DNA of 64,000 bases from Candidatus Kapaibacterium sp. (GCA_963665665.1 OY762428.1:3144323-3208322); one strand, 5' to 3'; shown: positions 15,427-26,957, counted from the first letter of the stretch. The notes: generated by a model from the sequence alone, not told the origin. Made by a program: numbers and translations.

Positions 15427-16926
15427 TTAGTGTGCCCAAATCGGCTGCACGGCAGGATCAATTCCCAGAACGGCCGAACCTATGAAATAGAAAAATGTTG
15501 AAATAATTAATGCACCGGCAAGGTTTAATATCAGCCCTGCGCGTGTCATATCGTGAATTTCCAAATATCCCGAACCGAATACGATAGCATTGGGCGGAGT
15601 AGCTATTGGAAGCATGAAAGCACATGAAGCGGATATTGTGGCAGGTATCATCAATAGCAGAGGGTTAATGCCCATACCTATGCCAACAGATGCAAGTATC
15701 GGCAGCAGAGTCTGGGTTGTTGCCGTATTTGAAGTAAGCTCGGTCAGGAATGTCAGTATCAGGCATGTCAGTATTATTATCAGGAAAACCGGAGCATCAC
15801 TTAGGGCACTGAATTGATTTCCGATAATTCCCGAAAGCCCTGAATGCTGAAATCCTTCAGCAAGGGCAAAGCCGCCCCCGAAAAGCAGGATGATTTCCCA
15901 GGGAACTGAGCGAATCTGTTCCACACCTACGATACCGCTACCTTTATTTGTGCTGTCCGGAAGAATAAATAGCAAAACAGACATAGCAACAGCTATAGTT
16001 CCGTCGTCCACAAGGCCGTTTAACCCGATCAGGTTAGTCCATCCGTAAATGGTAATAGCGCCAATATTAATATTTGTCCGGAAAGTCCAAAGCAAAGCAG
16101 ATAGTACAAAAACAAACATTACTTTTTTCTCATTAACGCTCATAGCCGGAAGAGAAGTAAACGATCTGTCGTTGTTTAAATTAATATCACACAGTTCTTT
16201 CCGATGTAAAAACTTTGTAAGTATAAGCCATATCAGCCCCAGCATAGTAAGGCTTAAGGGCAGCGCAAAAATCAGCCAATGGCCAAAACTGATTTCGGGG
16301 GCTTCCGGAAAAGTGGAATGATATATCTGGTTGAATGCAAGATTGGGAGGCGTTCCGATAAGTGTGGCTATACCTCCGGCAGAAGCGGAATAGGCTATGG
16401 CAAGCATTAGCGGCGTACCAAAGGAACGGGCTTTGGAAGCATTCCCCGCTGCATGTGTTACTGCTATGGCTACCGGAAACATCATAACCGCCGTGGCAGT
16501 GTTTGAAATAAACATCGAAAGAAAAGCTGTTGCGATCATGAATCCGAGAATTACAACTGCCGGACTCTTTCCGGTACGGTTCAATATGAAAAAAGCAATA
16601 CGTTTGTGAAGGCCGGTTTTCTGCATGGCCGAGGCAATTATAAAACCACCGAGGAAAAGTAAAATCACAGAATTGAAGTATTCTGCGGCAGTTTCTTTGC
16701 CCTTCATAATTCCAAGCAATGGGAAAAGAACAGCCGGCATCAGAGATGTTGCACTGAGCGGAAGGGCGTTTGTCATCCACCATGTGGCCATTAATACTCC
16801 AACAGCTGTCATATCAGAAGCTGGCTTGCTATCAGAAACAGGAAATATTATCAAAAGAATGAACAATATTATACCGAGGAAGAACCCTGATCGTGAAATT
16901 TTTCTTGCTTTATTTTTGTTTTCCAT
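15427..16926 (-). CDS. Anion permease of the DASS/SLC13 (ArsB/NhaD superfamily) type
   Basis: ~14 TM; repeated SNTATA..M.PI motifs (FISNTATAVMMFPVA; LTSNTATTQTLLPIL) typical of Na+/dicarboxylate-sulfate symporters. Confidence 0.65.
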   Translation of the reverse strand: MENKNKARKISRSGFFLGIILFILLIIFPVSDSKPASDMTAVGVLMATWWMTNALPLSATSLMPAVLFPLLGIMKGKETAAEYFNSVILLFLGGFIIASAMQKTGLHKRIAFFILNRTGKSPAVVILGFMIATAFLSMFISNTATAVMMFPVAIAVTHAAGNASKARSFGTPLMLAIAYSASAGGIATLIGTPPNLAFNQIYHSTFPEAPEISFGHWLIFALPLSLTMLGLIWLILTKFLHRKELCDINLNNDRSFTSLPAMSVNEKKVMFVFVLSALLWTFRTNINIGAITIYGWTNLIGLNGLVDDGTIAVAMSVLLFILPDSTNKGSGIVGVEQIRSVPWEIILLFGGGFALAEGFQHSGLSGIIGNQFSALSDAPVFLIIILTCLILTFLTELTSNTATTQTLLPILASVGIGMGINPLLLMIPATISASCAFMLPIATPPNAIVFGSGYLEIHDMTRAGLILNLAGALIISTFFYFIGSAVLGIDPAVQPIWAH

Positions 16927-17069
16927 TGCAATTCCCGTTTTTTTATCTGAATAAATATATCAAAACGTGCTCAAAATGCAAGGAAACTGTTAATATTATT
17001 TGTTAACAATTGCAGTTTTTTTAAATTGTTCTTTTAATATGCAGCGTAAATAATTTTTAATTTGTAATT

Positions 17070-19358
17070 ATGTCAAGATTCAGATTTCAAATAATAATAT
17101 TACTAATAATACTATTGGGGATTTCCCGGCTGTATTCAGGCGGGAGGATCTGGCATGATGCTTTGAAACGTATCGATACAGTGGACTTTGGAGTTCATTA
17201 TCCGGGCCAGTACAAGGATCATTACTTCTATATAGCAAATGACGGCCCTGAAAAACTAATGCTCGGAGCGGTCGATCCTTCATTTCTTATTGGCAGGACT
17301 CCGTCGCATCCTTATGATTTTCCGGAATTTCAGAAGCAGACAAGCGGCATAATTGAACTTGACCCCGGAGATACTGTTGCTATCATAATCAGGTATTTAG
17401 CCGAGCCTCCGCCAAAATTAGCTACCTACCCGCCGGGGAATAAAGAGGCCCGACTGCTGATGGGACTTTACGACCCGGTTAAATATCCTGACGGCGTGGA
17501 TGACAGGTCGCAGCTTGATACTGTGCGGGAATATATAATGGTTGCCAAAAAGACAATTCAACTATTGGATACTTACCGTGATGCTATTGATTTTGATTCT
17601 GTTTATGTAAATCCGCCAAATTCTTTTGAAAAAAACTGGAAAATAAAAAACAATGCTGATCAATCAATATCAATAAGTAATATTGATTATGGAATTTTTA
17701 CTCCTGTTCCTGACGGGGAGGAGTTTGAGTTTCCGGAAATAAGCGTATCGGCTCCGATACCATCAGGGCAGACAATAGGCGGATTGGTTAGCTATCATCC
17801 GCTGAACAGGGGCTCGGATAGTGCTTTTGGCAGGATAATATATATAGCCCCGGAATCTGATACAAGCGATACGGCAATAACAATATTCAGGGGATTCGGA
17901 GTTCAGCAGGAAATGAGGCTGTTTGAAACGGATACAAAAATTGATACCCTGAATTTCGGAGACCAGGACAGAATTTGCCTTAATGCCGGAAATGTCAGGG
18001 TTGGTACAAATGTCAGAATCAAGGGCAGCCTGGTGAACAAAGGGAATATTCCTTTTCATGCGCTTAGCCAAATAGTAAGAAATTATTACGATAATGAATT
18101 ATCCGGGGCTTTTTCATTTATAAGTGGTTTTGATTTAAGCCGGAACGACATTTTAACAGACGAGAAAACGGATTTTGAAATTCAGTTTCTGCCTGATAGT
18201 GCCGGTGAGTTTTTTGCCCGCTATATTATCGGAAGCGATATCAAAGAACGTAATATCTGGGGGATACCCGCTGAGGCTTCAAATGTTATTGTATATATCA
18301 GAGGGCGTGGCATAAACCCGAAAATTTCAATTCCGGATACTATTGATTTTGGTAATATTGTTGTGAATCCGCCATATTGTTCTGCTGACAGGGACACGGT
18401 AATAAAAATTTTGAATACCGGCAACGAAGAATTGCTGATAAATAACCTGGATATTACTACCGGTGATTTTGGTTTTATTCCGGGTAATCTGTCGATCCCG
18501 CAGTATTCAGCCGGGTCAATGACATTTACTTTCAGCTCAGGGGCTCTTGGCGATTCAGAATCAAAATTCAGGCTGTTCACAAACGAGAACGCCGGTTTTA
18601 ATGTTCATGAAATTATTCTGAAAGCAAGGGGGGTATTGCCACTTGAATCAAGTATATCCATTCCGGATACCAGGTCGGCCCCCGGAAGGAATATCAGTAT
18701 TCCGATTATAACCGAAGGAAGTAAGCTGGGGAATGCCAGGAATTTTGAGGATACTGTCAGCTTTGATCCTACTTCTCTGCAATTTCTCCGGACTGACCCC
18801 ATAGGAACTGCTTCAGAGGGGGCGATAATAAGCGCTGATCCTGATAATTCCAAAGGCCTGCTGTATCTTTCAATGAGAATTCCTTCCGGAGGATTTTTCC
18901 GGAACAAAGATACATTGATAAAGATTCAGTTCAGAACATATCTCGGAGACAGGATTTCATATCCTGTTGCATTTTCCGAGCCCCGAATCGGGGATGATAA
19001 ATGCTCGCACGTGATAAATTTAAACAGTGATAACGGAAGTTTTTCAATAGATTCTGTTTGCGGGTTGTCGCTTAAGGTTTATACCAAAGACGGAGGTGTT
19101 TTTAAATTTGATATGCCATCTCCGAATCCTGCAGATGAATATATTAATCTAAGTTTCGAGACAGCTTTCAAATCAAGAACAAGGATTTCAATTCATAATT
19201 CTTACGGCGAAGAAGTAAGGTCTATCAATAACAGTGTTCTTCCCGGTGGAAGATATGAATGGAGTGTGGATCTTTTGGGCCTGCCTTCAGGAACATATTA
19301 TTGTGAAATGTCCGCGGGGATTTTCAGGCAGCAAAGGATTTTTGTGATAAAAAGGTAA
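17070..19358 (+). CDS. Large secreted protein with repeated choice-of-anchor-D-like domains and a type-A T9SS C-terminal domain
   Basis: Repeats of DFG.V....G...........I.N.G...L.I; C-terminal PSPNPADEYINLSFE...GRYEWSVDLLGLPSGTYYCEMSAGIFRQQRIFVIKR. Confidence 0.55.
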   Translation: MSRFRFQIIILLIILLGISRLYSGGRIWHDALKRIDTVDFGVHYPGQYKDHYFYIANDGPEKLMLGAVDPSFLIGRTPSHPYDFPEFQKQTSGIIELDPGDTVAIIIRYLAEPPPKLATYPPGNKEARLLMGLYDPVKYPDGVDDRSQLDTVREYIMVAKKTIQLLDTYRDAIDFDSVYVNPPNSFEKNWKIKNNADQSISISNIDYGIFTPVPDGEEFEFPEISVSAPIPSGQTIGGLVSYHPLNRGSDSAFGRIIYIAPESDTSDTAITIFRGFGVQQEMRLFETDTKIDTLNFGDQDRICLNAGNVRVGTNVRIKGSLVNKGNIPFHALSQIVRNYYDNELSGAFSFISGFDLSRNDILTDEKTDFEIQFLPDSAGEFFARYIIGSDIKERNIWGIPAEASNVIVYIRGRGINPKISIPDTIDFGNIVVNPPYCSADRDTVIKILNTGNEELLINNLDITTGDFGFIPGNLSIPQYSAGSMTFTFSSGALGDSESKFRLFTNENAGFNVHEIILKARGVLPLESSISIPDTRSAPGRNISIPIITEGSKLGNARNFEDTVSFDPTSLQFLRTDPIGTASEGAIISADPDNSKGLLYLSMRIPSGGFFRNKDTLIKIQFRTYLGDRISYPVAFSEPRIGDDKCSHVINLNSDNGSFSIDSVCGLSLKVYTKDGGVFKFDMPSPNPADEYINLSFETAFKSRTRISIHNSYGEEVRSINNSVLPGGRYEWSVDLLGLPSGTYYCEMSAGIFRQQRIFVIKR

Positions 19359-20107
19359 TGAAAAGATTAATCTGCATATTATTTTTCTTAATTGTTCCGC
19401 CGCTACTGAACGCGCAGGGATTTGACTGGCAATATTCATCAAGGCTTCCTGCCGAACAACCTGATATATTCGTTGGAATAGGAGTATCTTACGGCTTAGA
19501 TGAGCACTATGGAAGCTTTTCGTTTTTCGAGGATTATTTCTGCGGAAAATACGAGAACGGAAACGGTAATGGTATTGCTATTGATTTGAATATTGAAAAA
19601 TGGATTGGTGAAAATACTGCGATATTTATTGAAGCCGGATGGAGGAAACTGACTGCTGATTTCATCAGCCGACAGGTTTATGAAATGATAGATGAACCTC
19701 TGATTACAGAATACGCATATAACAGCAGTATTTCGGTTGTAAGGATCAATCCCGGGATAAGATACCGGCTGTTTGATTCAAAATTGTCTGTAGGTGCAAT
19801 TTTAGGTATTGAATATTTTATTAGTGAATCTTCTGATTTTAGTGAAAAAGTCATATCGCCGGATTGGTATCATTTTGACACCGATCCGCCAAGCCAGGAA
19901 AGGGTTCTTACAGCCGGCAGGCTGAAAGGATTCAGCTCGATTATAGTTAATCCCGCATTGCAGCTTGCATACGGCCTGAACCTGGGGCGTGGAAAATATG
20001 CAACGCCTTACTTCAGGGCCGAATTCCCAATCAACAGTTTTATTTCCGGTGAAGATTGGAGGCGATATTCATTAACTTTTGGAATTTCTGTTAAATTCGG
20101 GCTCTGA
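19358..20107 (+). CDS. Outer-membrane beta-barrel protein, translationally coupled (ATGA overlap) to the upstream T9SS cargo gene
   Basis: Signal peptide ending LLNAQG; alternating amphipathic strands; C-terminal aromatic residue (…SVKFGL). Confidence 0.4.
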   Translation: MKRLICILFFLIVPPLLNAQGFDWQYSSRLPAEQPDIFVGIGVSYGLDEHYGSFSFFEDYFCGKYENGNGNGIAIDLNIEKWIGENTAIFIEAGWRKLTADFISRQVYEMIDEPLITEYAYNSSISVVRINPGIRYRLFDSKLSVGAILGIEYFISESSDFSEKVISPDWYHFDTDPPSQERVLTAGRLKGFSSIIVNPALQLAYGLNLGRGKYATPYFRAEFPINSFISGEDWRRYSLTFGISVKFGL

Positions 20108-20131
20108 GCTTTATTAAAGCAGGCCGGGATT

Positions 20132-22621
20132 TTAATAATTCATTGAAGCAGAAACCGATATGCCGAATTTTCCTGAGGCGAGATTTCCTATGCCCCACCT
20201 TGTATCAACCGACATATAAAACACATTGCTTATAAACATTGGTATCCTGGCCAGGCTGAAACCTGTTTCGATGTAATAATCAGAAAAATCAGGGACATAA
20301 AAAATTCCTTTGTCGTAGGAAAATGAACCGGCGCTTAAAGCAAGTATAAAATCGATACCGCGTCCCTTATATAGCGGAAGCCCGCATATTCTCCAAAGGT
20401 AATCGGCAGTATTGTACCTGATGTGGACAGTTCTGAAATCCGTACCGCCGTAAGTTCCGTCGGGGGCGGATGTAAAATGCCCGAATTTCGAAATGATGGA
20501 TAAGTCTGTTCTCATCCGGAATTGATACTGAACAGGAGTTTCGGGCGAAGCATTTCCTTCGTGAATAAGAATCTCAAGGTTGAGAGGTGCAAAGCCATAA
20601 TTAAAAGTAGGGATCAGCAGGTATAGTTTGCCTTCAATAATTCTGAATCTGCTACTGTGGTCGTTTTCTCCATAGGTGAATTCCAGTGAGAAATCAGAAT
20701 GAAATTTCCCGGGAATGAAGAATATATCATTCTGAATCAATCGCAAGCCTGTAGTTATTGTTTTGTATTCACCCTGGTTGATATCAGGGTTGTCGCGCCA
20801 TGTTTCCGAACTCAGTATAGAATTGTTTGTTTTCTTTTTCAGAGTGAAATGATTCGATTTCTCGAAGCGGCTGAAAACATTCACACGTTTGTATCCTGCA
20901 TTAAAGCCAATATTCCATCCGTCCTTACGGAAATAATCATAATAGTCTTTGTGGCGAAGCAGGGCAACAACAGAATTCAGAAAGCGTGAATAAGATCTTT
21001 CTGTTGTCATAATATCGTCGGTTGAAAATATTCTTGATGACATTTCCAGAAAGAAATTGTCGGAATTATACAGGCCTTTCCTGAATTCTATATCGGCAAA
21101 AAATCTTTTCTGGCCAAAGCTCCAGTATAAATTGGAATTAACGAGCATAATGTCGCCAATATTGAATTTTTGCCTGATGCCCGAGCTAACACTGACTACC
21201 CTGTTGAAATCAAAATATGGATAAACGTGATAGCCAATTTCATCTTTCTGATTTTTCGTGTATTTAATTTTTTTTGCCTGGCTTAAAATAGCAATTTCCT
21301 GCTCATCAAGCCCTGCAAGTGAATTTCTTTCCCAGAAATCATCCGAAAGAGTATCAATACTTACTGTGTCCCGTATGAATTGATCTTCTGCAAATATTTC
21401 CTCCGGGATCTTGCTATTCGAAATTGCATGAACCATGATATTATCAAGTTTGATATCAGTTCTGATTTTAAAATAATCTGTTAGAAACCTTACATCTGCC
21501 CCGGCCCTGAAGGTTGTATATACCGGAACGCTGATTCCCGGTTCAACCTCCGAGAGTTTCATGAATATCCTGAAATCATCGAAAAGTGTAATTTTTGTTG
21601 ATTTTGAAAGTTGTATATCTATTTCCCGAACAATATAATCATCTTCTGTAACTATGAAATTACCTTTGAAGCCCGGATGCATTTTTGATAAGGGAGCAAA
21701 CTCTATTTCAATATAATCGCGCCCACTGCTGGAATATGCCTTGGTAATAATATATTTGTAATATTCAAGTGCATTGTCTGCGAGGGGTGAAGGTATCTCG
21801 AGATTAAGGATTTTAACCTTATCATTATAGAAATTCAGTAATCCGTCTATCTCGCTCAGGTATTTATCCGGCTGAAAGTCGGCAGCCTGCCTTTTATAGA
21901 TAATATCAAGAAAGGTTCTGTCATCAGAGGAACGATAGTAAATGTTCGAAAAAGACTCAATAAGATAATTCTTTTTATAATCCTCCGGTAATATCGATCT
22001 TGGGCGGGTGATTTTGTAGTTGCTGCCGCTGGCATTGACTATCCCCCAGACAGTTCCGTCCAGATTAATTGAGAACTTAGTGTAAACCAGTCCCTGAAGT
22101 GTTTTCATCAATTTAAATTGATTATTCTTTTTTCTGATGATTCCCGTAATAACCGAATCGGGGTGATACTTTGCAGAGCCGTCATATTTTAGCGGGGCTT
22201 TTACATCAGGAAGTAATTTTATATCATAAACAGAATCAGATTCCGCAAATTCAATATATGCATCCCAAAAACCGATTGCCCTTATTTGTAGCCGCCCGGA
22301 CTTATCAGGGAAAGGCAGCCTGTAATATCCATCGCTTGTGGAATAAGTTCTCAGGCCATTTGATAAACATAATACTTCAGCTCCTCGAACTGGTTTGCCG
22401 GTATTAGAATTAAAAATTTTTCCACCTATTACAGAGGCATGAGAATATCCGGCAATATAAAAAAATAGGATTAAGGATTGTATAAGCAGGTATACGGGTT
22501 GGTGAATGCGAATATTCCTTGAATGTTTCCCAACCCGAATTAACTCAGGTACGGGAATTATTAGTTTTTTACTGCTTATTCTTTTCTCCACAACTATCTT
22601 CCGGCCAATTTCATCATTCAA
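20132..22621 (-). CDS. CarboxypepD_reg-like domain plus large beta-rich outer-membrane protein (DUF5686-like architecture). The true start is probably internal or non-ATG.
   Basis: Signal-like LILFFYIAGYSHA, then SVIGGKIFNSNTGKPVRGAEVLCLSNGLRTYSTSDGYYRL (carboxypeptidase regulatory-like fold); ~830 aa. Confidence 0.45.
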   Translation of the reverse strand: MNDEIGRKIVVEKRISSKKLIIPVPELIRVGKHSRNIRIHQPVYLLIQSLILFFYIAGYSHASVIGGKIFNSNTGKPVRGAEVLCLSNGLRTYSTSDGYYRLPFPDKSGRLQIRAIGFWDAYIEFAESDSVYDIKLLPDVKAPLKYDGSAKYHPDSVITGIIRKKNNQFKLMKTLQGLVYTKFSINLDGTVWGIVNASGSNYKITRPRSILPEDYKKNYLIESFSNIYYRSSDDRTFLDIIYKRQAADFQPDKYLSEIDGLLNFYNDKVKILNLEIPSPLADNALEYYKYIITKAYSSSGRDYIEIEFAPLSKMHPGFKGNFIVTEDDYIVREIDIQLSKSTKITLFDDFRIFMKLSEVEPGISVPVYTTFRAGADVRFLTDYFKIRTDIKLDNIMVHAISNSKIPEEIFAEDQFIRDTVSIDTLSDDFWERNSLAGLDEQEIAILSQAKKIKYTKNQKDEIGYHVYPYFDFNRVVSVSSGIRQKFNIGDIMLVNSNLYWSFGQKRFFADIEFRKGLYNSDNFFLEMSSRIFSTDDIMTTERSYSRFLNSVVALLRHKDYYDYFRKDGWNIGFNAGYKRVNVFSRFEKSNHFTLKKKTNNSILSSETWRDNPDINQGEYKTITTGLRLIQNDIFFIPGKFHSDFSLEFTYGENDHSSRFRIIEGKLYLLIPTFNYGFAPLNLEILIHEGNASPETPVQYQFRMRTDLSIISKFGHFTSAPDGTYGGTDFRTVHIRYNTADYLWRICGLPLYKGRGIDFILALSAGSFSYDKGIFYVPDFSDYYIETGFSLARIPMFISNVFYMSVDTRWGIGNLASGKFGISVSASMNY

Positions 22622-22669
22622 AGATTTCGTTCTGATGATTTGTTATACAATATAATAGCAAAGCGAAAG

Positions 22670-23176
22670 TTATTCCTCGGCGGGCCTTACAAATAATTCA
22701 TCCACTTTGAAAGACTTCGCCATTTTTTTCATCTCATTCCGGCTCATATATTTCATAACCATGAACATGAAAGTTGCTTTGGCATAAGGGATTTTCATGT
22801 ATAGCATAGTATACGGGAATTTTGAATCAGAAGTCATGTAAACAGACCTGAAACCATCAATATTGAATGGATCGGATTTATCCATATTCTTAATATGTTT
22901 CAGGTTGTTAAAATCAATTATATCAGCAATTTTTATTTTCAGTTTACCTTCCTTGCCGGCAAGTGAAGCCGAGTACATGAAGAATTTTGTACCTTTTGCG
23001 CCTTCAGTGTCAAAATCAACAGGTTTGAATCCAACAGGATGATTGTCCTTAATCCACTGTTTAAAATCTTGAAATGAAAGTTTTTCTGAAAAATGATTAA
23101 CGGCAAAAGCCGTAGACAAAGCTATAAGAAATAACGGGAACAAAATAATTTTTTTCAACACAATAAACCTGTACAA
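22670..23176 (-). CDS. Hypothetical secreted protein (168 aa)
   Basis: Signal peptide FPLFLIALSTAFA. Confidence 0.4.
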   Translation of the reverse strand: MYRFIVLKKIILFPLFLIALSTAFAVNHFSEKLSFQDFKQWIKDNHPVGFKPVDFDTEGAKGTKFFMYSASLAGKEGKLKIKIADIIDFNNLKHIKNMDKSDPFNIDGFRSVYMTSDSKFPYTMLYMKIPYAKATFMFMVMKYMSRNEMKKMAKSFKVDELFVRPAEE

Positions 23177-23179
23177 TCA

Positions 23180-23806
23180 TCAGTTAGTAAAATTCTTATC
23201 CACAATAGTAAGCCTTCCGGGGTATGAAATCATTCCCAGGCTGGTTTTTACAGTTGGTTTGGCATCAAGTTTCAGCCTGGCAGCACTGCCGTCAATACCG
23301 CCCAGGGCAAGTGCCAGATTAACAATACCATCGTAACCTTTGTTGCCAAAAAACTGAAACAGGTCCAGCCCGACGCTTAGCGGGATAATCTCTTTCTGGC
23401 CCGTCCCGGGAATTACGAATTCACGTCCGATATCACCATGAACTGTTTCAACTTCGTCAATATATAATTTCCAGTCGAAACCTGTAACGGTGGCAGGGGT
23501 TGATTTTGTGTTTTTCCCGCCGGTGTTCGGATTTTTGGCAGCAACATTAAGCATGAAGTCAGCCGGTAATTTTTTGCTTGTAAAAGATTTTGTCAGGCCA
23601 AGTCCGTCTGTTATCGAAAAGTCTGAAATATTTTTCTTTTTGTCTAAATTAATTCCTGCCAGCCTAAAATCCGAGACTCCGTCGAGCTTAAATTCAAGCC
23701 TTTGCAGGTTAGTTACGGCGTCGGCAATTTGTTTTAAGGTTTTGCAGCCGAAAAATACGGCAAAGGAAAGAAAGCTGATGATAACGATTAAACTGATTTT
23801 CTTCAT
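23180..23806 (-). CDS. Hypothetical lipoprotein (208 aa)
   Basis: Signal peptide plus lipobox (FFGCKT); 4 nt from the downstream gene. Confidence 0.4.
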   Translation of the reverse strand: MKKISLIVIISFLSFAVFFGCKTLKQIADAVTNLQRLEFKLDGVSDFRLAGINLDKKKNISDFSITDGLGLTKSFTSKKLPADFMLNVAAKNPNTGGKNTKSTPATVTGFDWKLYIDEVETVHGDIGREFVIPGTGQKEIIPLSVGLDLFQFFGNKGYDGIVNLALALGGIDGSAARLKLDAKPTVKTSLGMISYPGRLTIVDKNFTN

Positions 23807-23941
23807 GATAATAACCGGTAATGTTAAAAAACGAATTAGATTTAAAGAAGAATATCCTAAAAAAATATTATAAACCTTCTAAATACAAAAAAATACAAGA
23901 ACCCGTCTCGGGGTTCTTGTATTAACATTTTTAGTCATTGA

Positions 23942-24424
23942 TTATTCCAGGCCGGCTTCGCTTACCACCTCATCAACTGATTTACCGGCATATTCGCCAT
24001 TAAGAGCCTTTTCGAGTATTTCTCTCAGGGCTTTTGCTTTTTGGTTGCCAATATTTAATGTAGAAAGAAGTTTAACTTTTGCAATCAATAATTTTTCCTC
24101 AATAGGTTTGCTCAGAAAATCATCAGCACCTGCTTCGATCGATTTTAATTGATTGGCCACATCATTAAGAGCTGTAACAATCACAACTGGTATATGCTGA
24201 GTTTCTTCATTACTTTTCAACCTTTTTACCGTTTCATAACCATCCAGACGCGGCATCATAACATCAAGCACAATGGCATCGGGATGCTTTTCGTCAACTT
24301 TTTCCAGGCATTCGATGCCGTCATAGGCTTCAACAGCATCATACCCGTTTGCTTCAAGGTATCTCCTGAGAAGCTTTGTTGTTATCCTGTTGTCATCAAC
24401 TACCAGTATATAGGGCTTTTTCAT
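23942..24424 (-). CDS. Stand-alone response regulator receiver (CheY-like) protein
   Basis: ILVVDDN...LDVMMP.LDGYE...VVIVTA...GADDFLSKP gives the receiver-domain Asp pocket, phospho-acceptor Asp and Lys. Confidence 0.75.
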   Translation of the reverse strand: MKKPYILVVDDNRITTKLLRRYLEANGYDAVEAYDGIECLEKVDEKHPDAIVLDVMMPRLDGYETVKRLKSNEETQHIPVVIVTALNDVANQLKSIEAGADDFLSKPIEEKLLIAKVKLLSTLNIGNQKAKALREILEKALNGEYAGKSVDEVVSEAGLE

Positions 24425-25278
24425 AAAAAAATTCCTTTTGACATATTTTATTTATTTTTCAATTAATAGTTCTTCATTATGTTGAAATCGTAATATTTTC
24501 CAAAAAGAAGATAATAATAAATCACATTATTCACAAATTTATTATCAGAGTAACGGTTAAATAACAGAAATATTCTTGTATTTACAAATTCATTTTAAAT
24601 ATATCGCCTTCAGATTAATGATTTTCTTAAAAAGAATCCAACATCCTGACGGAAGCAACCAGACAGCAAACGAATAAAAAAATTTTCTGCTAATTCCTGT
24701 GAATCCAATTTTCAATTGTCCAATAAATATATTACAATTTTCTGAACAAATAAAAAAACACTTTTTAAAAACTAAATATTTTTATTTAATGGACAAATTC
24801 AGAGGGATGAAATAATAATTAATATTACCTGATCTAAATATTTTGTTTTTGAATATTTGTTTTTAGAAAAGCATAGCAAAATTGCTTTAAATTAAGGCTT
24901 TTGCTTAAAGCTGCTTTACCGGGCGGGGCCGTGATAAAGTTTACACGATTATTATTCTATTGATATAAAAAATTGCTGAAATATTATTTATGCCGGAAGT
25001 TATTTAATTTGGCTTTAAAAAACTCTTCGATAAAGAAATATAAAAACGAACACACTAAATATATGATATAATATGTGATTACAAAATATTTGGTTTTGTG
25101 CGATATTTGACTTATTTTGAAACAATAAGCTGATTATTGACTTTTTGGGGGCTTATCCTATAAATCAAAAACAATTAAATTGAAAATATTCAGATAACAC
25201 GATCACATAACTTTCTCTGTTTAAGTTATTTAACAATAAACTATAACTATAGTTCCACAATTTTTTCAGGTAATCCAT

Positions 25279-26676
25279 ATGAGTACACGCATTGAAAAAG
25301 ATTCGATGGGCGAAATTGAAGTTCCGTCCGATGTTTATTGGGGTGCGCAATCAGCGCGTTCATTAATTCATTTTGAAATTGGTATCGAAAAAATGCCGCG
25401 TCCCGTTATCCGGGGAATGGGAATATTGAAGAAAGCCTGCGCCATGGCAAATAAGGAACTTGGTATGCTTCCCGCAGAAAAGGCCGACCTTATCATCAAA
25501 GCAGCCGATGAAGTTATTGAAGGCAAGCTTGATACTCATTTCCCGCTTTCAATATGGCAAACAGGCTCAGGAACCCAGTCCAATATGAACTCCAACGAGG
25601 TTATTGCCAACCGTGCTATTGAAATGGCCGGCGGAGTAATGGGAAGTAAAGAACCAATCCATCCCAATGACCATGTAAACAAATCCCAGTCATCGAATGA
25701 TACTTTCCCTACCGCTATGCATATTGCTGCTGCCGAGGAACTTGTTAATCACCTGCTGCCGAATGTAAAAGCTCTCAGGGATACTTTTAAAAAGAAATCA
25801 GATGAATTCAAAGATATTATCAAAGTTGGGCGTACACACCTGATGGATGCTGTTCCTCTTTCACTCGGGCAGGAATTCTCAGGCTACGTGCAGCAGCTTG
25901 ATATGGCAATAAACAGGGTAGAACTTGTGCTTCCGGGTATTTATGAAATAGCACTCGGCGGAACTGCTGTGGGCACAGGCCTTAATGCGCACCCGGATTT
26001 TGCTGTAACAGCCGCTGCCAAGATATCCGAAATTACCGGCCTGAACTTTGTAAGCGCTCCGAATAAATTCGAAGCTCTCGCATCGCACGATGCACTGGTG
26101 TTTGCACACGGGGCAATGAAAACACTGGCAGCCTCGCTAATGAAAATTGCAAATGATGTTCGCTGGCTGGCTTCCGGCCCTCGTTGCGGATTCGGAGAGC
26201 TGTCAATTCCTGCAAACGAACCCGGATCGTCAATCATGCCCGGTAAAGTTAATCCCACTCAGTCTGAAGCTATGACAATGGTTGCAGTTCAGGTAATGGG
26301 TAATGATGCTGCAATTAATTTTGGCGGAGCATCGGGGAACTTCGAATTGAATGTTTATAAACCGGTGATTATTTATAATTTCCTTCAGAGTGTAAGGCTG
26401 CTTGGTGATACATGCCGTATGTTCAATATTCATTGTGCAGAAGGAATCGAGCCGCTTAAAGAGAAAATCCAGTACTTCCTGGAAAATACTCTTATGCTTG
26501 TAACCGCGCTAAACCCGCACATTGGTTATGATAATGCTGCAAAAATTGCCAAACATGCACATAAAAACGGTTCTACGCTTAAAGAAGCCGCGATTGAACT
26601 TGGTATCCTGACAGCGGAAGAGTTTGACCAGAAAGTTAAACCCTCGGAAATGTTAGGCCCAAAAGCAAAAAAATAG
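25279..26676 (+). CDS. fumC: Fumarate hydratase class II
   Basis: [20 protein letters not shown] lyase-family signature; 465 aa; overall FumC-like. Confidence 0.9.
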   Translation: MSTRIEKDSMGEIEVPSDVYWGAQSARSLIHFEIGIEKMPRPVIRGMGILKKACAMANKELGMLPAEKADLIIKAADEVIEGKLDTHFPLSIWQTGSGTQSNMNSNEVIANRAIEMAGGVMGSKEPIHPNDHVNKSQSSNDTFPTAMHIAAAEELVNHLLPNVKALRDTFKKKSDEFKDIIKVGRTHLMDAVPLSLGQEFSGYVQQLDMAINRVELVLPGIYEIALGGTAVGTGLNAHPDFAVTAAAKISEITGLNFVSAPNKFEALASHDALVFAHGAMKTLAASLMKIANDVRWLASGPRCGFGELSIPANEPGSSIMPGKVNPTQSEAMTMVAVQVMGNDAAINFGGASGNFELNVYKPVIIYNFLQSVRLLGDTCRMFNIHCAEGIEPLKEKIQYFLENTLMLVTALNPHIGYDNAAKIAKHAHKNGSTLKEAAIELGILTAEEFDQKVKPSEMLGPKAKK

Positions 26677-26701
26677 ATTATTAATAATTTATTTCCATTA
26701 T

Positions 26702-26730
26702 ATCCCCTCCATTACGGAGGGGATATTTTA
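26702..26730 (+). terminator. Rho-independent terminator of fumC
   Basis: atcccctcc-attac-ggaggggat hairpin (9-bp stem) followed by a tttta tract. Confidence 0.6.
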
Positions 26731-26860
26731 TTATGTTTATGCGCTTAAGATATCCTTACTTGATAACAACAAACCAAAAATTAGAAGAACAACAGCGCTA
26801 AATATTATATCGTAATTATCTCAACTTTTACCACATCAATATATTTGGTCTATAAAATAT

Positions 26861-26957
26861 TATCATGTCTGACCTCCCCAAACCCCTCCGAAGGAGGGGC
26901 TTACTGCTATTATCATGTCTGACCTACCCAAACCCCTCCGAAGGAGGGGCTTACTGC
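26861..26957. repeat. Two tandem ~50-bp units, each carrying a CCCCTCC-GAA-GGAGGGG hairpin
   Basis: tatcatgtctgacct.cccaaacccctccgaaggaggggcttactgc occurs at 26861-26907 and 26911-26957 with 1 mismatch; the stem sequence is related to the fumC terminator. Confidence 0.8.

Noticed and set aside
26861-26957. Possible CRISPR array
   Set aside because: There are only two direct copies of a 47-50-bp unit with a 3-nt junction and no unique spacers, and no cas genes nearby; it is better described as a tandem hairpin repeat.
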